Below, piece by piece: positions 54,850-63,913 of a stretch of DNA of 64,000 bases. The DNA is from Gammaproteobacteria bacterium (lineage in GTDB: Bacteria > Pseudomonadota > Gammaproteobacteria > UBA6429 > Thiohalophilaceae): positions 58,706 to 122,705 of the forward strand of contig JAHECZ010000002.1 in the NCBI GenBank assembly GCA_024641475.1, read 5' to 3'. Both the position numbers and the translations under genes were made by a program. The notes under the pieces are model-generated. The model saw only the letters and a program-made list of their open reading frames with translations, ran no database searches and was not told the origin of the DNA. The first letter of the stretch is position 1; every line of letters starts with the position of its first letter.

Positions 54850-57234
54850 CTATCGGCCATTTATTTCATATTTCATCAGAGTAATACCGGTGAGCACGCC
54901 GTCACTGAATGGGCCTGCGCTGATGAGTGCAGCATGTCCCTGGTAGCTTCCATAGTTTGGTGCATACAAACAAGTTTCCTTGGATTCACACAAACCATTG
55001 TCATTGCCGCTGCCATCTCGCTGAACCTCAATAGCATTTCGCAGGAAGGTAATGCTGCCAAGATTCGACCATGTATGTGTCAGCGTATCGTTGCCTTTAG
55101 GTATTTCAAGCACGCCACGAATTACTTTACCGGAACTCAACAGTGACCAATCCCAGATGCGGCCCGTTCCTGTGCTCCACCGTCCCTGATGGTCTGTCGC
55201 GGGAAAGGCCGATCCATCTTTACCCCATCCACGGTATACCGTATCGAAGTGCACCCAATCGAAACTGGCAGGATCAGCAGGATAGGTGGCAAAACCATTC
55301 GTATCGCTGATATTGTATGTATCCCCAATACTAACCTTGCCAACAAAAGAACCGTCGAGCGAAATACCCGTAATTGGCAAGCCAAAATCCGAACTACCCT
55401 GCTGGGTACAGTCTGCGTTCAATCCCGGATTAGTGCCACTTGTTACCTGGCAATCAGTGCCATTGTTCCCGACTTGTACCTTCCCGGTAAAATAGTTGTT
55501 TGAGGAAAAATACAGATTTAACCCCTGCCCGTCGTTATTTGCTGCTGTCACATTTGCAAATGTATTATCAGACGAAGTTCCTGCATAAAGTCCACCACTG
55601 GCATTATTTACGACTACTACCTCTGTGAGGGTATTAATCTTGGTATTTGAAAGCTGAATACCGAATGTACCGTTATTCGAAGCAGTGATTTCGCTTAATA
55701 TATTATTTGCGGTATTACTCAATAATACACCCGCACCGGAATTGCTCGAAGAGGTAACCTTGGTTAGCACGTTGTCTGCCGCATCAGTAAACAGATACAC
55801 GCCAGCACTGGCATTGTTCGTGGTTAAAACCTCGGTGAGTGTATTATTTGTCGCTGCGGTCAGGAAAACACCTGGCCCCTGATTATTCGAGGAAATTGCT
55901 TGCGAAAGAGTATTCCCATCTGCACTGGCGAGCTGAATACCAATACTGGCATTGTTTGTTGCAGTAAGCTGTAACAGCACATTACCTGCGGCATTTGCGA
56001 GTGTCACCCCAGCGCTATTATTTGACGCGTTGATTTGCGTAAGCGTATTATTCAAGGCATTATCGAGCGTTATGCCGGTGATAGCTCCACCCAGAGCGGT
56101 TACCTGTTCGAGCGTATTATCCGTCGCATAGAAGAGATAGACTCCGTAGCCATTACCGTCGGTGCTAAGCTGTGTAAGCCTGTTGTTCGCAGTGTGGTCG
56201 AGATAGATATTATATGAACCATTGGCTGCATGAATATTGCGTAATACCGAGAAGGCTACGTAATTCCAGCTTATGCCTCGATTGTCAAAAGTGGCGTCTA
56301 TTGCTCCCTCTATCCAGAGATACGCCCGATTGTTCGCCGCTATCAGGTATTCATTCATATTGGCAGTGCCAGTGAGCGTCACCGCTGGCGCGATCACCAG
56401 CGCGATCTGGTCTTTCCCGATTTTATATGTGGCAGCGGGATTGACGGTTATAATACGCACGTCCCCCTGAACCATGTCACTGCCATCGCTGCCATCATTA
56501 TCGACAATGACCGGATTGTTCCACCAGCTTGTACTTGAAGACTTCCCATAAATGCTGCCATTGGAGTAAACATAGACCCAGTTGCTACGCCAGGCCGCAC
56601 CGCTGAAATCAAGCAAATCGGACAGGCGCTTATTATCATTCAGTCGATTTGAAACCATGCGCACCGGATTAGCACTACCATCACAGACCCAGTTAAACGC
56701 CCCGAGCACATCCACTGCTGTCAAACCGAGACAGCTACTCATGCCAGACACTACCACAGCGCGCATCTCACCACCGTGAATAACGGCGCCGTAACCACCG
56801 GTCTCAGTTCCATCGGTGCGTGTATCGGTTGCGGAATAAATCGATTTGCCATCATTCTTGATGTAATCATTCCAGTTGGCACCATTTAACGGATAAAACG
56901 GTGTGACGGCACCGAGCGTAGCCAGGAAAGATACCGAGACTGTACAGTTACCGGTTATTGGCCCGGTCGTATATGTATTGCCGATACGTACTCCACCACA
57001 ACCCCCTACTTCGCCAATAGCGAAGTTAACCGCCGGGATAATCGTAAAGCTGGTGGTATTGCCTTCCGTGACAGTGATGCTGGTCGGGGAAATGCTGCCA
57101 CCGCTACCGACACTGGTACTGACCGCATATTGCGTTGGCTCGTTACCACCACCACCGCCACCGCAAGCAGCGAGCGACAGAATAATAACCAGCATGACAA
57201 TATTTGTTAGGTATAAACAGTTAATGGTTTTCAT
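54850..57234 (-). CDS. Large lipoprotein L1: InlB-B-repeat-like domain plus right-handed parallel beta-helix repeats
   Basis: Lipobox-polyGly LSLAACGGGGGGNEP. N-terminal YAVSTSVGSGGSISPTS..GNCTVSVSF. More than 12 repeats of about 22 aa (NNTLT.V...NN.GAGV.L). Confidence 0.8.
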   Translation of the reverse strand: MKTINCLYLTNIVMLVIILSLAACGGGGGGNEPTQYAVSTSVGSGGSISPTSITVTEGNTTSFTIIPAVNFAIGEVGGCGGVRIGNTYTTGPITGNCTVSVSFLATLGAVTPFYPLNGANWNDYIKNDGKSIYSATDTRTDGTETGGYGAVIHGGEMRAVVVSGMSSCLGLTAVDVLGAFNWVCDGSANPVRMVSNRLNDNKRLSDLLDFSGAAWRSNWVYVYSNGSIYGKSSSTSWWNNPVIVDNDGSDGSDMVQGDVRIITVNPAATYKIGKDQIALVIAPAVTLTGTANMNEYLIAANNRAYLWIEGAIDATFDNRGISWNYVAFSVLRNIHAANGSYNIYLDHTANNRLTQLSTDGNGYGVYLFYATDNTLEQVTALGGAITGITLDNALNNTLTQINASNNSAGVTLANAAGNVLLQLTATNNASIGIQLASADGNTLSQAISSNNQGPGVFLTAATNNTLTEVLTTNNASAGVYLFTDAADNVLTKVTSSSNSGAGVLLSNTANNILSEITASNNGTFGIQLSNTKINTLTEVVVVNNASGGLYAGTSSDNTFANVTAANNDGQGLNLYFSSNNYFTGKVQVGNNGTDCQVTSGTNPGLNADCTQQGSSDFGLPITGISLDGSFVGKVSIGDTYNISDTNGFATYPADPASFDWVHFDTVYRGWGKDGSAFPATDHQGRWSTGTGRIWDWSLLSSGKVIRGVLEIPKGNDTLTHTWSNLGSITFLRNAIEVQRDGSGNDNGLCESKETCLYAPNYGSYQGHAALISAGPFSDGVLTGITLMKYEINGR

Positions 57235-57425
57235 GACTTGTTCCTCCGTTTAGTTGTTTTCCCTTGCGGCTGATGGATCAAAATCGCAATTAACTCGTCG
57301 ATGGTATGAAATGGTGTACGTTGTGCATGCGAAATATCTTCAACGACACCCACTATTCCGTCCTCGCCTTCGGGATACTGCAGCGAGCGTCGATAGATAC
57401 GCACGATATAGCTCTCATCATTCAT
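57231..57425 (-). CDS. Small cytoplasmic protein (64 aa) translationally coupled to lipoprotein L1
   Basis: MNDESYIVRIYRRSLQYPEGEDGIVGVVEDISHAQRTPFHTIDELIAILIHQPQGKTTKRRNKS. The stop overlaps the L1 ATG (ATGA). Decayed paralogs lie upstream of L2 and L3. Confidence 0.6.
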   Translation of the reverse strand: MNDESYIVRIYRRSLQYPEGEDGIVGVVEDISHAQRTPFHTIDELIAILIHQPQGKTTKRRNKS

Positions 57426-57485
57426 ATGGTAAATAATCTATCCTCTGGCATGTTACAATTCGGGCATAACATGTATATGTAACGG

Positions 57486-58316
57486 CTATTCTCGCGGTGC
57501 TGCCTTGCAATAGTTTCCAAGCTCCCCGTCAAGATTGGCCTTCCTGCCAACTACCACCTGAGTGGCTGTAATTGGGAATTTTGTCGAGGCCCCGTATAAC
57601 GTTCCAATTGACACTGGTACTATTTGTCCCTTCGCATAGCCATATACATCAAATTTAGTCTGTGGTTTATCGTGATGGATGATCAATAAATTACCAGACA
57701 CGATATACCGCCCACTGGTTTGCTGACGTGCGGGTTTCGATTCCTCTGCATTCATGGCACCACCAAATATATCGCCAAACCCTTGCTTAACCTTTTCTTG
57801 AAAGATGTTCACCTTGCCATTCTGAGTAAACACAAGTTCGGTCACATAACTTGATCCATATGCGCCACCCTCTTTGAATTGGCAATAATAGGCAATGTTC
57901 CAGGAAGTGGGTTTAATGTTCCTGGTTTTAACGAGCTTAGATTTTTCGATGATATCCTGCCTGTGTATCCAGCCGTCCACCCTGTCCAACAGTGGTTCGG
58001 TAATCGGGGGCGTACTCACATACAGCCACTCCTTGCTATTAACGCCTGACCCTGCTTGAGCAGGTGGTTTTGTCTGATATACGTAGTGACCTAATCCCAC
58101 ACGTAACCATTTTTGCTGTTTGTCGGTCATGTCTTCGTATGTATAACCATTATTCTGATTCGGCTCCGCATACAGTTGGGCACCTTCAATATTTGTTACG
58201 TAATATAATACCGCTCGATTATCAGCCTGGGTAATAACAGGAAAAATGAACAGGATCAGAAACACAATCACTATACTGGTCGTAGCGACAGTAACCCTCG
58301 AGAAACATACAATCAT
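57486..58316 (-). CDS. Secreted hypothetical protein (276 aa)
   Basis: Signal peptide ...FIFPVITQA and RBS AGGAG. No motif recognised. Confidence 0.6.
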   Translation of the reverse strand: MIVCFSRVTVATTSIVIVFLILFIFPVITQADNRAVLYYVTNIEGAQLYAEPNQNNGYTYEDMTDKQQKWLRVGLGHYVYQTKPPAQAGSGVNSKEWLYVSTPPITEPLLDRVDGWIHRQDIIEKSKLVKTRNIKPTSWNIAYYCQFKEGGAYGSSYVTELVFTQNGKVNIFQEKVKQGFGDIFGGAMNAEESKPARQQTSGRYIVSGNLLIIHHDKPQTKFDVYGYAKGQIVPVSIGTLYGASTKFPITATQVVVGRKANLDGELGNYCKAAPRE

Positions 58317-58458
58317 ATGTATAGCTCCTATGACTTAGTGATTTTTGAGAATTCATTAATTATTATCTCGTCAATCTATATTCACTCCAGCAGACCATTG
58401 TGTTACGGATTTCATCTTCGATAGAGTATTGGCCTATGCGCAGGCTAACCAAATACAG

Positions 58459-61008
58459 TTACAGTAACGGACATAAGTGATGAATATAGGGAACAAACTC
58501 GGCGGTATTCATAATATATTCGGCCAGATAAATATCCGATGCGTTGTCGATATCATGTAAGATATATGGCAAAAAGCTGTAATACGTACCCTGATAATAA
58601 ACAAAGCTGACATTGGTAATAACTAATCCGTCATCATTCACATGCTGTGGTCGTGGCGGAACATTTCCCTCAGGCGATGTCAAGATCGTAAAATTGCCAT
58701 CCTGGTATATAAAACCTGCGTATGCGTTAATCTCAGGATTGTCCAGCCAACCCACGACTGTCCCATTGTTGCTAATATCCATTCCGGTGATGTAATTGTA
58801 GGGTGCAGGTGGTCCGAGTCTCGTAAAATTGCCATCTCTGTATACATAGATAGCTGTGTATTCTTCACCCAACAACACATCCCCGTGATCATTCATGGCG
58901 ATGGCTTTAGGTGGAAGCGCCCCCGGCGGGATCAGCTCAATATAGTTGCTAGAGTCATAATCCATTCGTAGTGGTATCACAAAATTATTGTCAACATAAG
59001 TCACAATAGCCTGATCATTGACGTTTACATCCACGACCTGTAAATCAATTGGATTGATCACCCAGCCATTTTCAGCGGCACGCGTAATGATCTGGTTTTT
59101 TACCGAATCATCGCCATAATTCAAATGGACCAGCTTGCGGGCATTGGTCAATTTCATATCCGAGGTATTCAAGTAGGAGTTAACATTATTATTAATTACA
59201 CGGGTAGACACTAAGTCCGTCGGGAAAGTGGGTACATGCACCTTCGCAATGCCTTCGTAACTAACACCCTCGCCAAGATTAACTCTGGCTGTAATAGTGG
59301 CATCACCTTCCTGACTTGCGATCACGAAACCTGTGGAATTATTGATCGTGGCAGTGCCACTGTTAGAGGATTGCCAGAATGGAGGATATAAATCGAGCTT
59401 GCGGTTATGTTTGTCGCGCACAGTGGCAGTGAATTGTTGTGTCTCAAGCGGATGCAAGCAGGCTTGTGCCGGGATGACAGTTACATACAAACCCGACACG
59501 GAAATTTTTGCCGATGCACTCATACCGCTTGCCCCGTGTCGAACAGTTAATGTTGTTTCACCTTCGTTTTTCGCGTAGATTGTTGCGACCCCTTCGTTTA
59601 AGTTATCAATATTAGCGATTGACGTATCAGCAACTTCCCAAACCAGACCCACAGTGGGTTGCAAAATATTATCTATGTATAAAGATGCATTAAACGTCGT
59701 GAGTTGACTACTGCGCACTTCCTGTCGAATAGGACTGAGATGAAGGCTATTACCAATACCAATTTTTGAATATACATCTGCTGTAGATATTAATAATCCC
59801 AATACATTTTCCATTTGAGGGATGCTTGGGCTAGCTGCATTCGATAAGTCATACAAAACCTTATCTAGCGCAAATACATGTACTGTTCCTCTTTTCAGCG
59901 CATTTACCGTGGTGTTTTGCCCATTTTGAGAATAGCTAAAAATAGAGCTATCCGGTTCACTACCTAACTGCCAGATAATTTCTCGATTTGTCAACGGAAT
60001 ACCATTTAGCCCGCGCACATCTGCGAAAAGACCCACGCTCTCACCTGGATTCAAAGAGGCCCACCCTGGGGTCAGCTCGAATGTATGAATTCCGCAAGTT
60101 CTGCGGGCTTCCAAATCTATCCCATCCCAGAGTATAGAACTTCCAGAGATGTCAACAAATTTTCTTGTTGCAATAATCCACCTGAACATTTTAGTTTCTT
60201 GCGACTGATCACCGGCTTCACATAGTACATTCATGCTATCAAAAACTTCATTTATCTTTGCAACCAGATATTCTGCGCTTTGTGTATACAGATCATCCAT
60301 ATTGGAACAAAAGGTTAGCTCTATTGGCGTTTCACAAACAGTCACTGGATATTCGTAATCGATTACTTCCCAAAGCAGCGCAAAACTTGCACTTCTGTTG
60401 TAAAGACTATACATAAGCTTTTCATCAAACGCCGTGAACTGGCTTATATCAACGATCAGCTGATCGAACTGCAGTTTGGCCTGCTTAAAGAATTCCATTT
60501 TTTGCGTATCGTCAGTCAACCTCATAGCACCGGCACTACTGAAGTGCAAAACTTCCATTTGCAAATCCGTACCTGTCTTTTTCGCCGGGATAAATTGAAA
60601 GTGACTGGCATCGTTGTTTGCCAGATAACCGACAGCGACTGCATCGGTCGGCAACGACAAGGATTTAAAGAATAAGCTTGCAGGAATACTGAACTGCAAG
60701 CCCTCCGGCTCGAGCTTTACCGCCAGGGCAACTTGTCCGGCCAGCGGGATAGCTCCGATATTGGACTGTATGGCGACGGTTACATCAACATTTTCGGTTA
60801 CAGCATTTGGCGGAATGACCAGCGTTACCTCCACACCCGTAGCAGATTGAATCGTCGCCTGACCGCCTGCCGCAGGAGTGACAACAACGGTTGCCTGTCC
60901 TGGGGTGATATTCACCGGTGGTTTATCACTACCACCCCCGCCGCAGCCAGTAAGCCCCAGGATAAAGAGAAAGACAGATGCTAACGAAAATTTAGTGATC
61001 GTTCTCAT
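58459..61008 (-). CDS. Large lipoprotein L2: Big_2-like Ig domains plus C-terminal HAF-like extracellular repeats
   Basis: Lipobox-polyGly LGLTGCGGGGSDKPP. The middle has Ig-like segments (LTPGWASLNPGESVGLFADV; ATIYAKNEGETTLTV; ATITARV). The C-terminal repeats are AMNDHGDVLLG...YRDGNFTRL and ISNNGTVVGW...YQDGNFTIL. Confidence 0.75.
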   Translation of the reverse strand: MRTITKFSLASVFLFILGLTGCGGGGSDKPPVNITPGQATVVVTPAAGGQATIQSATGVEVTLVIPPNAVTENVDVTVAIQSNIGAIPLAGQVALAVKLEPEGLQFSIPASLFFKSLSLPTDAVAVGYLANNDASHFQFIPAKKTGTDLQMEVLHFSSAGAMRLTDDTQKMEFFKQAKLQFDQLIVDISQFTAFDEKLMYSLYNRSASFALLWEVIDYEYPVTVCETPIELTFCSNMDDLYTQSAEYLVAKINEVFDSMNVLCEAGDQSQETKMFRWIIATRKFVDISGSSILWDGIDLEARRTCGIHTFELTPGWASLNPGESVGLFADVRGLNGIPLTNREIIWQLGSEPDSSIFSYSQNGQNTTVNALKRGTVHVFALDKVLYDLSNAASPSIPQMENVLGLLISTADVYSKIGIGNSLHLSPIRQEVRSSQLTTFNASLYIDNILQPTVGLVWEVADTSIANIDNLNEGVATIYAKNEGETTLTVRHGASGMSASAKISVSGLYVTVIPAQACLHPLETQQFTATVRDKHNRKLDLYPPFWQSSNSGTATINNSTGFVIASQEGDATITARVNLGEGVSYEGIAKVHVPTFPTDLVSTRVINNNVNSYLNTSDMKLTNARKLVHLNYGDDSVKNQIITRAAENGWVINPIDLQVVDVNVNDQAIVTYVDNNFVIPLRMDYDSSNYIELIPPGALPPKAIAMNDHGDVLLGEEYTAIYVYRDGNFTRLGPPAPYNYITGMDISNNGTVVGWLDNPEINAYAGFIYQDGNFTILTSPEGNVPPRPQHVNDDGLVITNVSFVYYQGTYYSFLPYILHDIDNASDIYLAEYIMNTAEFVPYIHHLCPLL

Positions 61009-61112
61009 GGCACATTCCTCCGCGTATGCATTTTCCCTGGCTCTTGCGGTTGACAGATCAGGATCGCCATTAATTCGCCGGACGGATGAAACACACTACG
61101 CCACTCTCGCAC
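61005..61112 (-). pseudogene. Decayed or truncated paralog of the 64-aa small ORF, coupled to L2
   Basis: The open frame 61151-61005 reads HSEEYIEAGRRGVVREWRSVFHPSGELMAILICQPQEPGKMHTRRNVP*. There is no in-frame ATG before residue 28; a possible GTG at 61112 follows AGGAG. About 12 codons are missing relative to the intact copy, and the stop overlaps the L2 ATG. Confidence 0.3.
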
Positions 61113-61189
61113 GACTCCTCTCCTACCAGCTTCAATATATTCTTCGCTGTGTTACAGATCGGATACAGATCGATATGACAAATGACCGA

Positions 61190-62431
61190 TCAATTACCGA
61201 GTGTGGGACTGCAGCCTGATCCCCCCTGTATCCCAACCGCCCAGATAGCGATCACACCGGTACCGGAATCACAACCTTGCCCGCCACCAACACCGGAGTA
61301 TTGGCCACTCGCGTTGTTGGCATAACCGCCGTTGACAATGGCGTATTGGCCGCTGGCCGCATTGAACTCGCCACCGGTCACATGCGCATAAGCGCCGCTG
61401 GCATTGTTGCGGGCACCGCCGCTAATCGTCGCATTGTTACCAACTGCGGTATTGTTTAGTCCACCGGTTACACTTGCACTGGCACCGCTGGCCGTGTTGC
61501 CTTGACCACCTGTGACACTGGCGTATGCATTGGTGGCGAAGTTCTGTCTGCCGGCAGTAACACTGGCGAAATCGCCATTGGCATTATTGTTCCACCCGCC
61601 GCTGATACTGCTGTGCATACCTCGGGCGGTATTCACTGATCCACCAGTCACGCTGGATGTTGATCCGCTGGCAACATTATTCTTTCCCCCGCTGACACTG
61701 GCCGTTGCACCACTGGCAACATTGCTCGCCCCGCCACTAATACTGGTTAATTTTCCGAGTGCAATATTTCCAAACCCACCGCTCACGCTGGCACCCGGGC
61801 CACTTGCATTATTTTGTCGGCCACCACTGATACTGGCGAAATCGAAATTGCTGGTGTTCTCAGTGCCGGCGACCAGGCCACCCCAACGCGAATAATTATT
61901 CAATGCACCAAGCACAAGGTAATGTGATCCGCCCTTGTGGCTGTCCGCCCACACGCCACCCGCGGTCGTGCATTCCATTTCATTCGTCACCGGGCTGATC
62001 GTATTGGGATCCGTGCCCAACGAACACATCATGCGGCCGGAATTGTTGACTTCGTCGTAACCGATTAGCAGATTGCCCAACCCATTGCTGCTATCTGTGT
62101 GATCCAGACCGTTGACGACCTGTACGTTGACACCGGAAAAGCGCACCGTCGGCTGGCCATTGACTGTCGCCAACGAAACACTGGCAAGCTTGGCTTCCAG
62201 CGCAGTGAGCCGGTTTTGCAGTTCTGCATTCATCGCTTCGAGCATTGCAATCCGGCCATGGTTGTCGTCGACCGCCGTTTTTATCGATGCAAAATTGCCG
62301 TTAACTTCGGCGGCACGGGCGGGGGTATTTGCTTTGAAACTGGTTAAGCCTGCGACATCCCCCGCAACACTGGTTTGTGCAATCATCAACAACACAGAAT
62401 AAATGATCGCGACTTGTATCGATGCATGCAT
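61190..62431 (-). CDS. Secreted protein with an N-terminal coiled-coil stalk and YadA-head (Hep_Hag)-like 14-residue repeats; no membrane anchor
   Basis: Signal peptide, ARAAEVNGNFASIKTAVDDNHGRIAMLEAMNAELQNRLTALEAKL, then about 13 repeats of [AS]SV[ST]GG..N.A.G... Confidence 0.7.
   Translation of the reverse strand: MHASIQVAIIYSVLLMIAQTSVAGDVAGLTSFKANTPARAAEVNGNFASIKTAVDDNHGRIAMLEAMNAELQNRLTALEAKLASVSLATVNGQPTVRFSGVNVQVVNGLDHTDSSNGLGNLLIGYDEVNNSGRMMCSLGTDPNTISPVTNEMECTTAGGVWADSHKGGSHYLVLGALNNYSRWGGLVAGTENTSNFDFASISGGRQNNASGPGASVSGGFGNIALGKLTSISGGASNVASGATASVSGGKNNVASGSTSSVTGGSVNTARGMHSSISGGWNNNANGDFASVTAGRQNFATNAYASVTGGQGNTASGASASVTGGLNNTAVGNNATISGGARNNASGAYAHVTGGEFNAASGQYAIVNGGYANNASGQYSGVGGGQGCDSGTGVIAIWAVGIQGGSGCSPTLGN
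61276..61831 (-). repeat. In-frame 42-nt (14-codon) tandem repeat region inside the Hep_Hag-like gene
   Basis: ASVSGGFGNIALGK / TSISGGASNVASGA / ASVSGGKNNVASGS / SSVTGGSVNTARGM ... Coordinates are approximate and derived from residue numbers. Confidence 0.6.
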
Positions 62432-62491
62432 AATCTGTCCCTCCCAATTACTTATGTGTCGTCTGTACTCATCCGCAAATGAATACTGAAC

Positions 62492-63913
62492 TCAGGGCAA
62501 CACAAACCCTTCCAGCCCTTCTTCATCATCACTACTGCTGGCCAGCGGAATCAGTTCGCTACCGTCAAGGTTGATTGCAAAGATATCGCGCTGACCGCCG
62601 CTCACCGTGCGATTGAAAATGACTCTGCCATTTGGCGTGATATCAACTGGCCATTCAGCCTCGTCCGGATCGGCGGCCAGCGCCACCAACCCGGTACCAT
62701 CGGCGTTAACGCTATAAACATCATTCAGACCATTGCTCTTTATGCGCAGGTTATAAATGATACGGTCACCGGACTGGAAACCCTCAAAGTACTCGTCATT
62801 GACCGGGTCGTTAGCCAATGCCATCAATCCGGTACCATCCTCGTTAATGATGTACAGATCCTGCTGGCCATTGACATTCCAGCCAACACCCACGCGGCCG
62901 CGAGACACGATAAATGGCGAGGCGGAGTTGCCTGTACTGGTAAGTCGTATTGATCCGCTACCATCAGGGTTAACGCTGTATACGTCCAGTGACTGCGGGA
63001 TTGCACGCCGGGTATAGATCACTTTTCCGCTATCAGTCATCCCGACAATATCTTCATCGTCCGCAGAGCTGGCGAGTGCTGTTAAGCCGGTGCCATCGGC
63101 ATTGATGCTGTACAGATCATTCTGGGTCCCGAAACGTTGAAAGAATATCCGGCCTGCGGGGGTGATTTTCCTGACGAATTCGTTTTCCGCCGTATCGGTG
63201 AGCCGTATCAGATCGGTACCGTCGGCACGAATGCTGTACAGATCGGCTTGTGTAAGATTGTGCCACCGAGTGAACACCACTCGATCGTCTGCGGTCATAC
63301 CATTGAACACCTCCGAATCCGCCGAATCCGCCAATGGCCTTAGTCCGCCACCATCGGTGTTGGCGCTATAGATGTCCCATCCAGTAGCTGCCGAGTAGTT
63401 TTTGAAGACGACCCGGCTACCAGAACTGATTCCCGTGAAACCGAAAGTACTGCCAGCCACCAGTCTCCTGTCGCTGCCATCGGCATTGATGCTGAATATA
63501 TCCTCCCGGCTCCCATTCCATGATGAATAAATCACGCGCCCATCGGGGGCTATGACAGCGAATGTATCATCGTATACGCTGTCGGCAAGCACGACAGGAT
63601 TTGAACCATCGGCATTCACGATGTAAAGATCGCTGTTGCCACCAAAAGGTGTTTTTGAATAAAGTATTTTTCCACCGGTTGCAACAGAAATGAATCGTTC
63701 ATTATCAGTGGGACTGGTCGCCAATGCCACGCGGCCGCTACCGTCTTCCTTCACGAGATAGAGATCGCGCTGGCCATTGCTTGTGCGCAAATAGGGAACA
63801 GTAGCGAGTTGCGGCGTTGGCGCTGTAACGCCACCGCCGCCGCCCCCGCAACCGGTGAGTCCCAGAATTAAACTAACCAGGCCTATGATCGGAAACTGGA
63901 AAGTTGTTTTCAT
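62492..63913 (-). CDS. Large lipoprotein L3: 10-repeat TolB/PD40-like beta-propeller protein
   Basis: Lipobox-polyGly LGLTGCGGGGGGVTAP. Ten repeats of about 42-48 aa with core D[LIV][YF]x[IV]NxDG[ST]G (DLYSINADGTG, DVYSVNADGTG, and so on). Confidence 0.75.
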   Translation of the reverse strand: MKTTFQFPIIGLVSLILGLTGCGGGGGGVTAPTPQLATVPYLRTSNGQRDLYLVKEDGSGRVALATSPTDNERFISVATGGKILYSKTPFGGNSDLYIVNADGSNPVVLADSVYDDTFAVIAPDGRVIYSSWNGSREDIFSINADGSDRRLVAGSTFGFTGISSGSRVVFKNYSAATGWDIYSANTDGGGLRPLADSADSEVFNGMTADDRVVFTRWHNLTQADLYSIRADGTDLIRLTDTAENEFVRKITPAGRIFFQRFGTQNDLYSINADGTGLTALASSADDEDIVGMTDSGKVIYTRRAIPQSLDVYSVNPDGSGSIRLTSTGNSASPFIVSRGRVGVGWNVNGQQDLYIINEDGTGLMALANDPVNDEYFEGFQSGDRIIYNLRIKSNGLNDVYSVNADGTGLVALAADPDEAEWPVDITPNGRVIFNRTVSGGQRDIFAINLDGSELIPLASSSDDEEGLEGFVLP

